NCBI GenBank assembly: GCA_000002445.1
Contig: CP000070.1
Location: 1,184,001 to 1,248,000 of the forward strand
Direction of reading: 5' to 3'
DNA length: 64,000 nucleotides
DNA from: Trypanosoma brucei
Lineage: Eukaryota
Every line of letters starts with the position of its first letter. Within the stretch, counting starts at the first letter, position 1. Made by a program: the position numbers and the translations under genes. The notes under the pieces are model-generated. The model worked only from the letters and a program-made list of their open reading frames with translations. It searched no databases and was not told where the DNA came from. Positions 1 through 11,600 of the stretch are shown here, piece after piece.

Positions 1-269
1 TGCAAACGTTTCTCTTCGGTGCAATACATCAACACGGCATTAAGCAGAAGCCATGCCCCCACACGATCGTCCAGTTCAGTCTTTTCCGTGTCTACAACAC
101 GCCACACTAGTGCCCGAGTAATCTCCTTGGGATGTGCCTGAGCATGTTCATTCACGAAACGAAGTGTATGCTGTATTTCCGACGCCAGTACTGTCTCATT
201 GCTAAGATCAGACGATATTTGCACACAGCAGCGGTGGAGAAAGTTGTCTCTGGCATCTTGGCTGAGCAT
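1..269 (-). CDS. partial CDS: N-terminal ~89 codons of a hypothetical protein that runs off the window start
   Basis: Manual translation of the minus strand: ATG at 267-269 (cat on the plus strand), then an open frame with no stop down to position 1 (MLSQDARDNFLHRCCVQISSDLSNETVLASEIQHTLRFVNEHAQAHPKEITRALVWRVVDTEKTELDDRVGAWLLLNAVLMYCTEEKRL...). It is absent from the ORF track because no stop lies inside the window. Same strand as all neighbouring genes. Confidence 0.3.
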   Translation of the reverse strand, partial: MLSQDARDNFLHRCCVQISSDLSNETVLASEIQHTLRFVNEHAQAHPKEITRALVWRVVDTEKTELDDRVGAWLLLNAVLMYCTEEKRL

Positions 270-1461
270 ATTCAGCTGCCCAATAAGGTCTATGTGTGCG
301 GCCAAATAAGAAGAAAGGAATGTGGAGTTGTGATAGTGAGGAAAGCTGCAACAACAATAGAGTGTAGTCCTCCTTTGTTATTTCCTCTTTGTCCCATTTA
401 CCCCCTTTTCTGCCCACCCTGATGACACCACAGAACCCTCCTCCCCGCTGGACAACATACACGCAAAAACTTATGACGATACTTCAAACAAAGTCAAACC
501 TTTAGCGATGGATGTGGATAACTTTAATACCACTCCATACATCTTTCCTTAACTCCTCTTCACTGACACTAGGAGCTTATGAAATAAAAAATAAAAACGT
601 ATTCCACCCTCCGTGCTGAGAGATCATGGTGACAATTTCGTATGTTGTATCGGGTGTGGAAAGAGCAGCCAGAAGGGCGGGAAAATGAAAGTACTTAGTA
701 GAGAAGGTATAACAATTCCTAAATGACCTTCCTATGGAAATTTCGATGACAAAAGCACAACACATGTACTACAGTTGTCTCCATGGTAGAATGTGCTAGC
801 CCACTGTCTCCTCTTGGCTGCTGTGGCAAGACACTTTGTATCGTCAGCGAATTTAACTTAGGATGGATTGCGACATCCGCTAAACACTTAATGAATCCGT
901 CTGCGATTACAATTGTGGCAAAAGAACAGTTAAACTTGGACGAGGTATCCTCCGTTTTTTCCCTATGTACAGATTAAAAAGGTGGGCAGATGGATGAATA
1001 TGTACACACAAAAATATATACACATATGATGTCCGAAGGGGTGGAAGAAAACAGTTATCGCAGAATCAACAACCGCACTCCAGTGTCTTAACTGAACCAC
1101 GCAGCGAGTACGTGCCACAGAACTCTTCTTTTATACACCATTTGTACATAATGTTCAGAAGCTGTAGTAGCTCCAAAAGGAGGGCGGGGAGAAATGAATA
1201 AAGGAGGTCGACAAGTAAAACCGTAAGAGTAACAAAAACAAAATACGGAAACCCCAATGCGAGCATCTACGCATTTCCTCAACAAATTCTTCACTCTTCT
1301 TCAGTCCGCCAGCCCCCCTCCTCTTCGTACCACAGCGATTGACCCTTTGCTTTTCAACTCCTGCCATTGCTCCTTTGCCCCACCAAGCAGACCTATATTT
1401 CATAACTGGGGACGGGATGTTCACCTCTCACTCCCTCTCTAAAACCACAAACCGACATGCG

Positions 1462-3990
1462 CTACACGCCGGCAAAGACCTCCCTTGCACGATTTATGAA
1501 CCCACCTTTTGGATCATTATTCTCAATAAAAGACATTGCTTTCCGGTAAGCGAGTGTTACGATGCCACTTGGTTGCTTCTCAATAGAAACGACCACCAGG
1601 GACGTCGCCCATAGTCGCTCCTTGTCTTTGCATACGTCCTGTGCTTCACAGTGCTCCTCACCCGCGTTGTCCTCTACAATTAATGAGTCTAACTTCATTC
1701 TATCACACGGAAGACCCACACAAACGGCTAACCTGGAGTCAAGGGAAAACGAACCATCCGGTGCCTGTAAGGCCGCAATGCGCCGCACGCAAAGACTTGT
1801 GGCAAGAACCGAATCGACTATATCCATCAAAATGTGGCGGATGAATTCCTTGGTGGTTCGTGGTTTTCCGAGAGTAGAAGCACTGGAGTGCTGTTGAACA
1901 ATTGGTGCGTCGCCGTTGGTGGTGGCGCCTTCCAGTTGCCTGATCTTCTGCCTCAGTTGCTGCGGACGGCAGTCGATGAGGCCCTCCGCGAGACGACGAC
2001 ATGAGAGTCTCTGCAAGAACTGAGCATAAAGCCAATGGCGCGGCACATACCGCGCGGCTGCAACAATAGGCGTATCTGCTGCTCCCGGAATTGTTTGCGA
2101 GCGTGCGCCTCCACCCACGGAGGGTCGTATCTGCTTCATTTCCGTGAACGGCGATGGTAGCATGTACGTCTCGGAGTACCGCCCAACCTCTTGCACCTCG
2201 CTTTTATTCAAGGTAAAAGAACTGCGCCCTTCAACGAGATAACGTATCCTAGAGGCCGCAGCCGAAAGGTGGAGCATCCCGACTGAGAAAGCATTCTGTG
2301 GTTCAGAACATGCAGTTAAAAACACCTCAGTCAAACTTCCCTGGCCCGTATACTCCACAGACGCGGAACCAATACGACCAATTACAACAACGTGGAAGTT
2401 TTCGAGTGAAGCAGGTACAAAACACTGCACAAATTGCTGCAAACCCTGCGGTATAGCCCGTAGTTGTTTGCTTTCTACGCGAACTTCAGGTTCTCTGAAA
2501 CGGAGTTCGACGTCCGTCACCGTCGGGACAGCCACGAGCGACACCACTTGCGCGAGAACCGCTTGCAACTCTTCAGCGTCCGTTGCGTCGTAATACACCC
2601 CACCACCTTCCTGTGCGAGTAATTGTAATGCGGCTGCATTGGCTCCGCCAGCGGTAATTAAGCCAACAGCGCTGAAACGCATGTTGTGTTGATGGTGTGC
2701 AGCCAACGAAATAGCCTCCACAGCATGGGATTTTGTACCCTCATCTGACAGAACAATAATGTGCCGAACAAACCCTCGTGGTACGGGGCCACATGGGCCG
2801 GTGGACTCCGAGTTTACCAGCGAGCGCATCACTCTGTTTAAATGTGAGACACCCACACTTGGTCGTTGTGGCCGTGTTTGAGCAACAAACGCGGCTAACC
2901 CATCAATATCAAGTTGATTTACTTGAGTCGAGCCGCCTGGACACAAGCATATATCATTCTCCTCCGTAATTAGAATAATATTCACAGGTGCTTTGTCCGG
3001 AGCGCCATAAAGGGCAACCCGGAGAGCCTGGGACATGCACGCCGATGCATAGTTGCTGTGAGAATCAACAACAAAGATCAACTCGGCATTGACGGTAGCG
3101 CTAAGCTGCTCAGCTACTACTGGTGTGAGCACGAGTGTTAAGGCGTATCTGTCGTCGTCACAGACCTCCCTTCCGTTGTCAACCTCCACAAAGAAGCGTA
3201 GTGGCTCGATGGTTCGGAAAAGAGGGCAAAAAAGTTCAAAACCACCCCGTACACGCGCAGCAAGCGGTCCTTCATAATGCAATCTGAAACCACTATCACC
3301 GACGATTTCCACTTGCGCCGGAACCGGATCACAAACATTACCCCCTGTTGGGCGCAACTCCACAGTTCCCGCGAGCGGGGTGAATGTTTTACATTTGACA
3401 TCGATGGTTAGCCCTTTGGGAAGTTTGGATGGCCACTTCATAGCGAACAAAGACTCATACTCCATCGTTGATGGTGGTGGTGGTGGTGCGTCAGGAAATA
3501 ATTCCATTGGAAGAACCATACGGAACTCACCAGCCTTGCACAGCGCATTCAGAGGCACTGCATACGTAGCCCCAATGAGCACGCTGCTACCCAAGCCAAT
3601 CATCCATGGCAACCGCTGCGCTGCAACAATGGCCACAACACCGTCTGGTTTCGGTCCCGGAAGTATGGGAAATGAAGTTGCTGCCGCATCCGAAACCTCT
3701 ACATTTAGTGGTATGGTGACGCAGTGGACACCAACGACGGAGTCCTTTGCATAGTCAGCTCTGCAACTCATAAGATCCCACCACATGGGAAGCGGATATG
3801 CGGCAATAACTCGTTGGTCCTTCCCCGTGTAGTTGTTGTATTCGTAGCGTACATTAAGGCGGGCGCTGTTGCCGTGCACCTCTACCTCTACGGAGCAGGC
3901 GACGAGTGTAAGTGGTGTAAATGTGTTGGCGGTGAGAACACCGCATCCATTACTAGCACATGTAGTGTACGCAACGTGTTCGCAGTTCAT
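1462..3990 (-). CDS. von Willebrand factor A (vWA) domain protein, possibly VIT-vWA architecture
   Basis: 846-codon ORF. The ORF-track start at 4002 is TTG; the first ATG is at 3988-3990 (MNCEHV...). The segment ELIFVVDSHSNY...VNIILITEEND...HIIVLSDEGT...AEELQAVLAQV has the alternating beta-strand/helix pattern and DxSxS-like start of a vWA/integrin-I fold. An A/G-rich plus-strand tract at 4003-4060 gives a polyY-AG on the coding strand upstream. Confidence 0.75.
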   Translation of the reverse strand: MNCEHVAYTTCASNGCGVLTANTFTPLTLVACSVEVEVHGNSARLNVRYEYNNYTGKDQRVIAAYPLPMWWDLMSCRADYAKDSVVGVHCVTIPLNVEVSDAAATSFPILPGPKPDGVVAIVAAQRLPWMIGLGSSVLIGATYAVPLNALCKAGEFRMVLPMELFPDAPPPPPSTMEYESLFAMKWPSKLPKGLTIDVKCKTFTPLAGTVELRPTGGNVCDPVPAQVEIVGDSGFRLHYEGPLAARVRGGFELFCPLFRTIEPLRFFVEVDNGREVCDDDRYALTLVLTPVVAEQLSATVNAELIFVVDSHSNYASACMSQALRVALYGAPDKAPVNIILITEENDICLCPGGSTQVNQLDIDGLAAFVAQTRPQRPSVGVSHLNRVMRSLVNSESTGPCGPVPRGFVRHIIVLSDEGTKSHAVEAISLAAHHQHNMRFSAVGLITAGGANAAALQLLAQEGGGVYYDATDAEELQAVLAQVVSLVAVPTVTDVELRFREPEVRVESKQLRAIPQGLQQFVQCFVPASLENFHVVVIGRIGSASVEYTGQGSLTEVFLTACSEPQNAFSVGMLHLSAAASRIRYLVEGRSSFTLNKSEVQEVGRYSETYMLPSPFTEMKQIRPSVGGGARSQTIPGAADTPIVAAARYVPRHWLYAQFLQRLSCRRLAEGLIDCRPQQLRQKIRQLEGATTNGDAPIVQQHSSASTLGKPRTTKEFIRHILMDIVDSVLATSLCVRRIAALQAPDGSFSLDSRLAVCVGLPCDRMKLDSLIVEDNAGEEHCEAQDVCKDKERLWATSLVVVSIEKQPSGIVTLAYRKAMSFIENNDPKGGFINRAREVFAGV

Positions 3991-4002
3991 GGAGAGTGCC
4001 AA

Positions 4003-4070
4003 AAGTCCCAGCTACAAGGGATAAGGAAAAAAAAAAGACCGTAAGTTCTAAGTCCAAAATAATTCTTTTC
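4003..4070 (-). promoter_or_regulatory. polypyrimidine tract plus AG (putative spliced-leader acceptor region) upstream of the vWA gene
   Basis: Plus strand reads ggaaaaaaaaaagaccg..., so the minus strand reads tcttttttttttccttatccc followed by AG just 5' of the ATG at 3990. This is the typical trypanosomatid trans-splicing signal. Confidence 0.4.
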
Positions 4071-4273
4071 CGTACTTCCTTCTTCTAAGTTTCGGGAAAT
4101 CTTCTTGTTATATCCACGCAATTTGTTTCCTTCTCCCTAAAAGCCTGCTGCTCGGTAGGGGAGATGGCAGCGCAATCGTTGGTAAGCACACCCACGCAAA
4201 CGTTGAGACAAAACACCTCCTTCCTTTTCTACTGATGTGTGTGTCCGAACCTTTGACAATTATACCTTTGGCA

Positions 4274-4292
4274 ACACACACACACACACACA
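4274..4292. repeat. (AC)n microsatellite
   Basis: acacacacacacacacaca seen directly. Similar (CA)n runs occur at about 14711-14730 and 28612-28627. Confidence 0.9.
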
Positions 4293-4879
4293 AAGGGATC
4301 CAAATGGTGGTTCAAAGTTTTCCTCTTTTAGTCTGATGTTGAAGCGCGATGGCGGGAGTGCATCAACGCAAACAGCGAAATATATTTTTAATAAAAAAAA
4401 ATGGAACGCGAGAAAAGGAGAGGAAGAAAAAAGATTATGAATAAGGTAGGAAAAAAAAACATCTCCACAAACTGAAATTATAGCAGTTGAGTCAAAAAAT
4501 ACACGAACGAGTTCGCACATGCATCGCTTTGCGACACCGGTAGGTCATATGTACCAAATGCATAATCAAATGGTACAACACATTTCTTCAGGTGCATGGA
4601 TGAGAGGTCAGTTAGGGATTTAAGAAAGAGAGGTACAAGAATAATAATAATAATAATAACGGAAAAAAAAAGAGCACAAAAGTGGGGAAACAAACAAAAG
4701 AGGATTAGGATTATAGCAAGGGGTGGGATCACGGCATCGAACAATAAATAAAAGAAGAACAAAACAAGTCTAAATAAAACTTCCAACAATGACCGGCAGA
4801 CTCCAACGCGTGCACCGGTCCGAATTCTCGCAAAACCACGAAAATTATGTTGCTGAAGAAGTTGATTTACTTCAATTCA

Positions 4880-6118
4880 CCAAATCACCGCCTTCCCCCC
4901 TTCCGTGCCTCCCTTTAATTTTTATTTTCCACCTCTCCCTCTCTCTTTCTCTTCTTCACATGATTGCATTCATACGCTTCTTTTTATTTGTTTCACGCCA
5001 TCGCAGTTGTCACACGTCACCTCCAGTTAAACAATAAACTTCTCCTCGTGTGTGTCACTCGCCACATCCAATCATCTGTTTTCTCCCTTTTCTTCTAAAA
5101 ATTTTATTTTTTCGTGGAAGTAACATATGAAAGGTGGGAAGGGGGAAATATATATATATATATATATATACGCATAAAAACAGAAGATGCGATACGAAGG
5201 GAAGAAAAATTGGGAGGCAAGCTCGCGCATGTGGGCACATTGGAAAGAAACCAGAAAAGAAGGGAATGTCAACACAATTGACGTTTCGCCCCCCTTTTTA
5301 AAAAAAAGAGAAAAAAGACAAACACTTTTTATTGCAACTGTACCACTCACATCTTTGCCGTTTCAACACTACGCACTGTTACAACCCACCTCGCACATCT
5401 CCAAAAATATTCCGTGACCTTCTCATTCCGCTTTCTGGTTTTGTTTCTTATTTGTTTACCCGTTTAACATCAACTAACTCTCCCTTATTTCATCCTCCTT
5501 AGCGGCCACAACTTCCTTCTTTGTCAATTTCGATTCCAATTTCTTTTTCTTTTCTTCTGCCTCCTGTTCTTTCGACGGGTCACATCAGTGAGGCGGAAAG
5601 AGATGAAAGAGATAAAAGAGATAAAAGAGAAAGAAGAGGAGGAGTTTATCAAATATTATTCAGTACCTTTTTTTGGTCCCTCCTTTCCCTGTATCTGCAA
5701 AGTTTTTTTAAATTTTACCCCATATTAAATACGGGAACATATATATATATATATATGCAACCTTCCCTCTTTGTCACGTTACCCCCCCCCCCGTCCCCGC
5801 CCTCTTCTTTTCTTATACTTTTTGTTCTGTCCTCCTTTTCTTATCCTTTGTCCTTCACCTTCCTTCATTCCTTCACTCATCCGTTCCTCCATTCCTTTTT
5901 TTTTAAATACCTTCCGTCTTAGACCTTCGGTTAGCAAATATATATATATATATTAAAAGGGAGGGTACCCCCACGGCACTCTGATATGACCACACATCTC
6001 AGCTCTTCTCATCCCTCATTCCTTCTTTTCTTTTCTCTTTTTTCTTTTTTTCCTCTCTCTCTTCCTTCCCCCCACCATCCAACTATTCAACTTTTCATTT
6101 ATCTTTTTTCTTTCCGTC
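4880..6118. repeat. about 1.2 kb CT-rich (plus strand) low-complexity intergenic block with embedded (AT)n at 5148-5171, 5739-5756 and 5938-5954
   Basis: Runs of ctctctc / ttcctt / ccctt seen directly. The plus-strand ORFs listed here (5521..5922, 5771..5956, 5986..6213) encode only S/L/P/F low-complexity peptides. The block lies between the stop of the 6119..6700 gene and the acceptor region of the vWA gene. Confidence 0.6.
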
Positions 6119-6700
6119 TTATTTGTGCCTCGCCATGCGGCGCTGACGGCTCTCTTCATTCTTTTGTGCCACCAACCATAAAAGCGCAGCTGTTAAAGTG
6201 GGTGATAACATGAAGCTCACACGGGGATCCGAGTGACGCAATATGTAAACATGTAGCAACGTGCATAATAGGGAAAAGACGCTGTTGACAAAAAATAACG
6301 TGTACCCAACAGCAACTTGCAGGCGGTATTTGTGTAAAAGTTTTTCATCTCCTTTAGATACTTCACTGTAATGCCGTTGCTGACGCCAGAATTCACTCTC
6401 AACCATAACGGTATATGCCTGTGAAAGCATGTATGCAGTGAAGGTTGCAATTACAAGGTATAAAAAGGCGTTGATGGGGTTAATCCAGTCAAGTCCATTT
6501 ACTGCATGTGAAAGATATACGGGTTGAAAAGATGCAATGGCGGCAACGATGATGAGCGCTTGTTTTGGATACACAAGTGTGTTTGCATTAATGCGGTCAT
6601 CAAGCATCCTTTCATCTTCTTTGCTCAATTTCACGCCTGTGTGCATTCGAGTCGTGTCCTGCTCAACATCCCTCAGTGTATCGTTTTGTCCTCGTGTCAT
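6119..6700 (-). CDS. small polytopic membrane protein (about 4 predicted TM helices), hypothetical
   Basis: 193 codons with ATG confirmed at 6698-6700. Four hydrophobic segments (LIIVAAIASFQPVYL, INAFLYLVIATFTAYML, VGYTLFFVNSVFSLLCTLLHVYIL, LSPTLTAALLWLVA) with a charged N-terminus and a basic C-terminus. Confidence 0.6.
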   Translation of the reverse strand: MTRGQNDTLRDVEQDTTRMHTGVKLSKEDERMLDDRINANTLVYPKQALIIVAAIASFQPVYLSHAVNGLDWINPINAFLYLVIATFTAYMLSQAYTVMVESEFWRQQRHYSEVSKGDEKLLHKYRLQVAVGYTLFFVNSVFSLLCTLLHVYILRHSDPRVSFMLSPTLTAALLWLVAQKNEESRQRRMARHK

Positions 6701-7557
6701 GTGTTACCGTAAACGTTCTCTCTTCTTATATCTCCTCCACTTACACACTTATCCTCTCTTCTATACAAATGAAAAACAAACAAACGAAAACAAACAAAAA
6801 AATCTTCTTAAGAAATAAGAAGAAGATTTTTTTTCTTAAAAAAAAAAAGAAGAAACAAAACCGATTAAAATAAGTGGAATTATTATAGTTAATGACCTTT
6901 TACCTTCTTTAATGCAGGTACAGTTAATTTGAGATACTGCTATTCGTATTTACTTGACACCTAGAACCATTAAAAGATTATGAAAAAAAAATGGGGGTAG
7001 TGGAAAAATGAAAAGTAAAGTAAAGAATAGAAAAGAAAAGATGACAAACATTCAGCCACGCATCGCGAGGCAGGCGCGCAAAAGAGGAGGAGGAGGAGGA
7101 GGAGGGAAAACAAAAAAAAACAAAAAAACAAAAAGAAAACACACCCACAAATACAAACACAAACACATATAATCCCCTTCCCTGTGATAACACCCAACTA
7201 CTTCAACCCTCCACTCCCTATATAAATTCCTAAAGCCCTTCCTCTTCCCAGCCCTTCTTACAAATGACTTGAAGCGTTTTGTTTGTTGTTAATTTTTTTT
7301 TTTCTCGTTTGCATGTTTGTTTGTAACTGCCGCAAAAGGTGAGGAAAGAAGCGGCACAAGAAAAATCATAGTAATAATAATAAAAACAACTATAACGAGT
7401 AAAAATAATAATAATAGTAATAGAAATAATAGGAGAAGAGAAGTAAAATTAACGGCGACCACCACTTTCTTGGTGTTGAGCAAATCAAACAAACAAACAA
7501 ACATGCAAAGGAGTGGTTTTTTTTCTTGTTTAAAAAAGGGGAGGGGATCACATGACG

Positions 7558-7983
7558 TCACAACTTCTCGAGAGCCTCACGATATTTTGCCGCATCCTCA
7601 GCAAAGGCGGTATGGTCAGTAGGTAATGTCTTCCAATTCATACTTAAGCCCTCTTGAGTAGAGCGGCGCGGTATGATATGAAAGTGTACATGTGGCACCT
7701 CCTGATGCGCCAAGCTGCCATTGTTTTGTAACACATTGTATTGTGTTTTTACTTCACCGTCTCCAGCAACTGCACGGGCAACTTTTGCCATCGTACTGCC
7801 GAGTTCAGCCGCCGTATCCGGCTCCACTTCGTGCAGAAACTCCGCATGAGCCTTCGGTATAACAAGCAGATGTCCACGCGAGAGGGGGTTGATATCCATG
7901 AAGGCAAGAACTTTGGCCGTTTCCACAACTTTATGGCATGGAATCGCTCCCTCCACAATCTTACAGAAAATGCAGTTGGACAT
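7558..7983 (-). CDS. HIT-family (histidine triad) nucleotide-binding protein / hydrolase
   Basis: The canonical HIT N-terminus MSNCIFCKIV starts at the ATG at 7981-7983. The histidine-triad motif HVHFHIIP is near the C-terminus. The 34 codons the ORF track adds upstream (KE-rich, from a GA-rich leader) are probably 5'UTR. Confidence 0.85.
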   Translation of the reverse strand: MSNCIFCKIVEGAIPCHKVVETAKVLAFMDINPLSRGHLLVIPKAHAEFLHEVEPDTAAELGSTMAKVARAVAGDGEVKTQYNVLQNNGSLAHQEVPHVHFHIIPRRSTQEGLSMNWKTLPTDHTAFAEDAAKYREALEKL

Positions 7984-8648
7984 ATCGATGTTGATTAAAG
8001 TAAGGATATCTCTGTTGTTGCTGGTTCTCTTTTCTTTTTCCTCCTTCGTTCCTTCCTTCCTTTCTTCTTTGGTTTCTGCGATCACTTATAATAACGATAA
8101 CAGAAATAATAAAGGTTAGGATACTATGGAAGGTGTTCGCTAGTCCTTGTAACAGTGCTTATTCTTCTCGTTTTGTGATGTATCGAATCCTTCTAAGGAA
8201 GACAAGGACGGAAGGATGGAGGGAATGAATTCATTTCTTTTCCAGAAATATAGAACGTGATGTAAACGACACAGGCCATAAAAAAGATTGCAGAAATAAA
8301 GAAAAAAAAACAGCGCAGAAATTTTGGTGGGAATGACGGCAACAGACTCAAGCATATACGCACACAAACAGGGGTAGACACAAACATAAAAGTCGCTTGT
8401 GTACAACGATACTGGGAAGCCAACACTGGTATGAACAGCAACATTAATGATTTTTTTTAAAAAAGGAACTAAAAAGGAAACAATAATCTACTTTTTGGGA
8501 GGGTTAGGGAAGGATAGCAAAATATCACCACGTACTCACCCCCTCCTCATTTTTTTTTGGAATAAGCGGCACCTAAGGGACATCAGCGTAAAAGCAAACA
8601 AAAATAAACCAACAGGGCAAAACCAAAGCCACGAGCTGAAACAATCAC

Positions 8649-11600
8649 TCAATGTAGTATTGATCTCTTGAAAGCACGGGTAGATGTTTTACCACCACCA
8701 AATGGGGTAGTGGCAGCAGCTGATGGCAAAAAAGTGTCCCCGTCCGCTATCGAAGAACTTAAAACATGTCGCCGCTTTTGACTGTTGCGGGCCTTCACAG
8801 AGCTTAGTGAACGCTCATGTCCTCTATCAAGTGAATCATCCTGCCTTGATTGGGAGTCTGTTTGCTTGGATTGCGTAGCTGTTGCCTCAGTTTCTGCAGC
8901 CCGGCGCTCCTCCTGCACTACTGCGTACCGTAAAACACTCAACCGCTTCGTTATTGGTTGGTCTCTGATAGTTCCCTCTAACGGATCGTCCGCTGCAGAC
9001 GTCTTACTATCGTCTAATATCCTGCTCGTCTTCCTACGCGACGACACCTTCACTGCTGATGCCGCCACCGCCTCGTGAGGCGCTTCCTCCACTGAGCGTT
9101 CTTTTTCTCCAACGAACCTTACATCCTTCTCTTTTTGCTTCTGAGGGCCTTTGGTCCGGTGGTAGCCCTCCTTTCGCTTCGCCAAGCGCTCCGCTACGAT
9201 TTCAGCAACGCTACTCCCAAGTGGTGCAAATGCCATCGCATGATATCGACCACCTTGGCTACTTTCTTTAACGTGAGTTAGCATCGCCTCCACAATAAAT
9301 CTCGAATTCTGAAGGGCACTTTCCACCATCGCTTCGCACCGCTCCGCGCGCTGGGAAGACATCAACATACTCCCCTGCATTGTGTTGAGAAGTGGTCCCT
9401 GGCTACTCCGCAGAGCCTCCGCTTCCTCTAACGACTTATATGCCGCAAACCCTCGCTCTGCCAAGGCGGCTACAGTGCTCTGTAACACTTCATAGGCTGA
9501 GGTGAGCTCGGGTAGTACGCTCCCGGCACATGGATTCTCGGTAACACTTTGTATGATGGCTTTCGTTACATTGAGGATTGTGCGCCCCTCAGCCTCGATT
9601 AGAAGAAGCCCATAGGTAAGGAAGCTAGTGCTGCAGTCCAGTGATATCTCGAACACATTTCCATTGGGTGTTGTTGCCGCCACGAACACCATCGCAAGAT
9701 GTGCAACGAGTCGTTGCGTTATGGCGGCTGCGAGCATCGGCTGCCGAAGCCAGTGTATTTGTTCGTGTGCACGAGCAATGAGAGCGAAGCTCCTACCAAC
9801 GTACGGACGAACTGCACCTGCTGTCAGGGGGGAAACTCGCTGCCAATCCATCATTGGATGAATGAACCCAGCATCCTGGACGACACGTGTGATGCGCTGC
9901 TGTGGCGCCGAGGCAAGCATGCCGAGCAGAGCATCAACAAGAAGTTGGCAATGCTCTTCCACAAGCGCAAGGTGAACCTTCCGGAAGTCCGCAGTCTTCT
10001 GCTTGATCATGAGCACGGAACCACGAGAGGTTTTTGGGTCAGAGTTTAACCGCACAACAACATCCAACAAACACGGAACAATGAGTTCGTTAGTAATGAT
10101 GGGCGTCACCGCCATAGACAGGCACAAAGCGTCTGCAAGACTCTCCATGATTGCGCATTCGCATGTCTCAGGAGCGGCCTCAACGTCTAGTGAAACACGT
10201 TGGCATTTGTGGTGAAGCGCGTCAACAAACACGAGCAAAATGTCCGCAATTAAGGCCAGAAGCATGTCCTCATGCTCCGCCACGTGTTTAAGCACTAACT
10301 TGCTGTTGCTTTCTGCCATAAAAGTGCTGGTCGCGTCAAGCTGCTGATCTGTATCATCCAGCCGCTGCTTGTTCGCTCCGGAAACCTTAGACTTATCGCC
10401 TGGGTTGTTGTACTCTCCCTGTGCTTTCCTTCTTCGTCGGCGGTAGTTCCCTTCCCCTTCAAGCCGTTCAGCTTTCTCAACAAAGAGATCGATCCCACCA
10501 TGTACTTCATCAAACCTCTGTAAAAATGGTGCTGTGCGATCCACAACAAAAGAAATGAGGTTCAGAAACTTATTCGTTAACACTGACGAAACAAACTCCC
10601 TACTTACTCGTGCGCAAACGGAACTATGTGCGCCCGCGTTCTTACCGCCGTTGGCACTATGAATATCATTATACTCATTAATGCTTGCCTCATTTACCTC
10701 CGCTGGCTTCGATGCCTTCGCGATTGACGGTTGTAACGATGGCAGCAGCGTCACGTATGCTTTGACAAGCATACCCACTCCGTGTGTATAGCATCGAAAC
10801 AGGTTAGAGCGCAGCTCCTCAAGTTCCTGCATCAGTTCACCTACCTGATGCGCTTGCGTGCCTCCCTGCACCAAGGATGACGTACAACTTTCACCAATTA
10901 CCACCTTCATTCGGCGGACAGCGCCGCTCACGTGCAACATCGCCTTTTCCCACTGGGCAACAATTACTTCTACTAGCAGGGCTGCATGAAGCTCAGCGTG
11001 CTCATCCTCAACGGAGTCGTAAGCATCCCTGTCAACTTCGCAGTTGGAATCATCACCGACCAAATCTCGGGGACGATAAGAGGACATTGTACGTACAAAG
11101 CACTGTAGTACGGTACGATTCACATTGGTGAGCAACAGGGCTTGCAAAATGTCGCTTGTCAGGCGCACAACCTGTCTCACAGCGCTTACTGATAACTCCC
11201 GCAGTGACGGGCCCTTGTCATGCACCACGGGAACATACCGAAGAGATGGTAGCTCCTCCTCGCAAGAATTCCCACCGCCTCCTCCCCCTCGTACTCTTGT
11301 CATGGGCACATTCACTTTTTCATGCAGCGCCGGTCCATTGAGCATTCGGTACAACATACTACTTGGGTCCGGAGAGAAGTCAAACATACCCGCATGAACT
11401 TCCTCCGCTATACCACCCCAATACGATACTAAAATAACCTCTAGCTGATCAACGCAGGCAGTGAAGAGGCGATCAGCAAACGTGCTTGCGGCACCCGCTG
11501 CAGTGTGTGCTTGTACGTTTGCCTCCATCCCAGCACGGTCCTCCAGCTGAGTTAGTAAAGCCGCACTATACATGCGCAACTGCGTTGCTGAGCACTCCAG

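Noticed and set aside
5521-7622. Low-complexity ORFs (5521..5922, 5771..5956, 5986..6213, 6970..7197, 7289..7561, 7317..7622)
   Set aside because: They are translations of CT-rich, (GAG)n, (AAT)n and poly-T tracts (S/L/P/F or N/K runs). These are intergenic low complexity.
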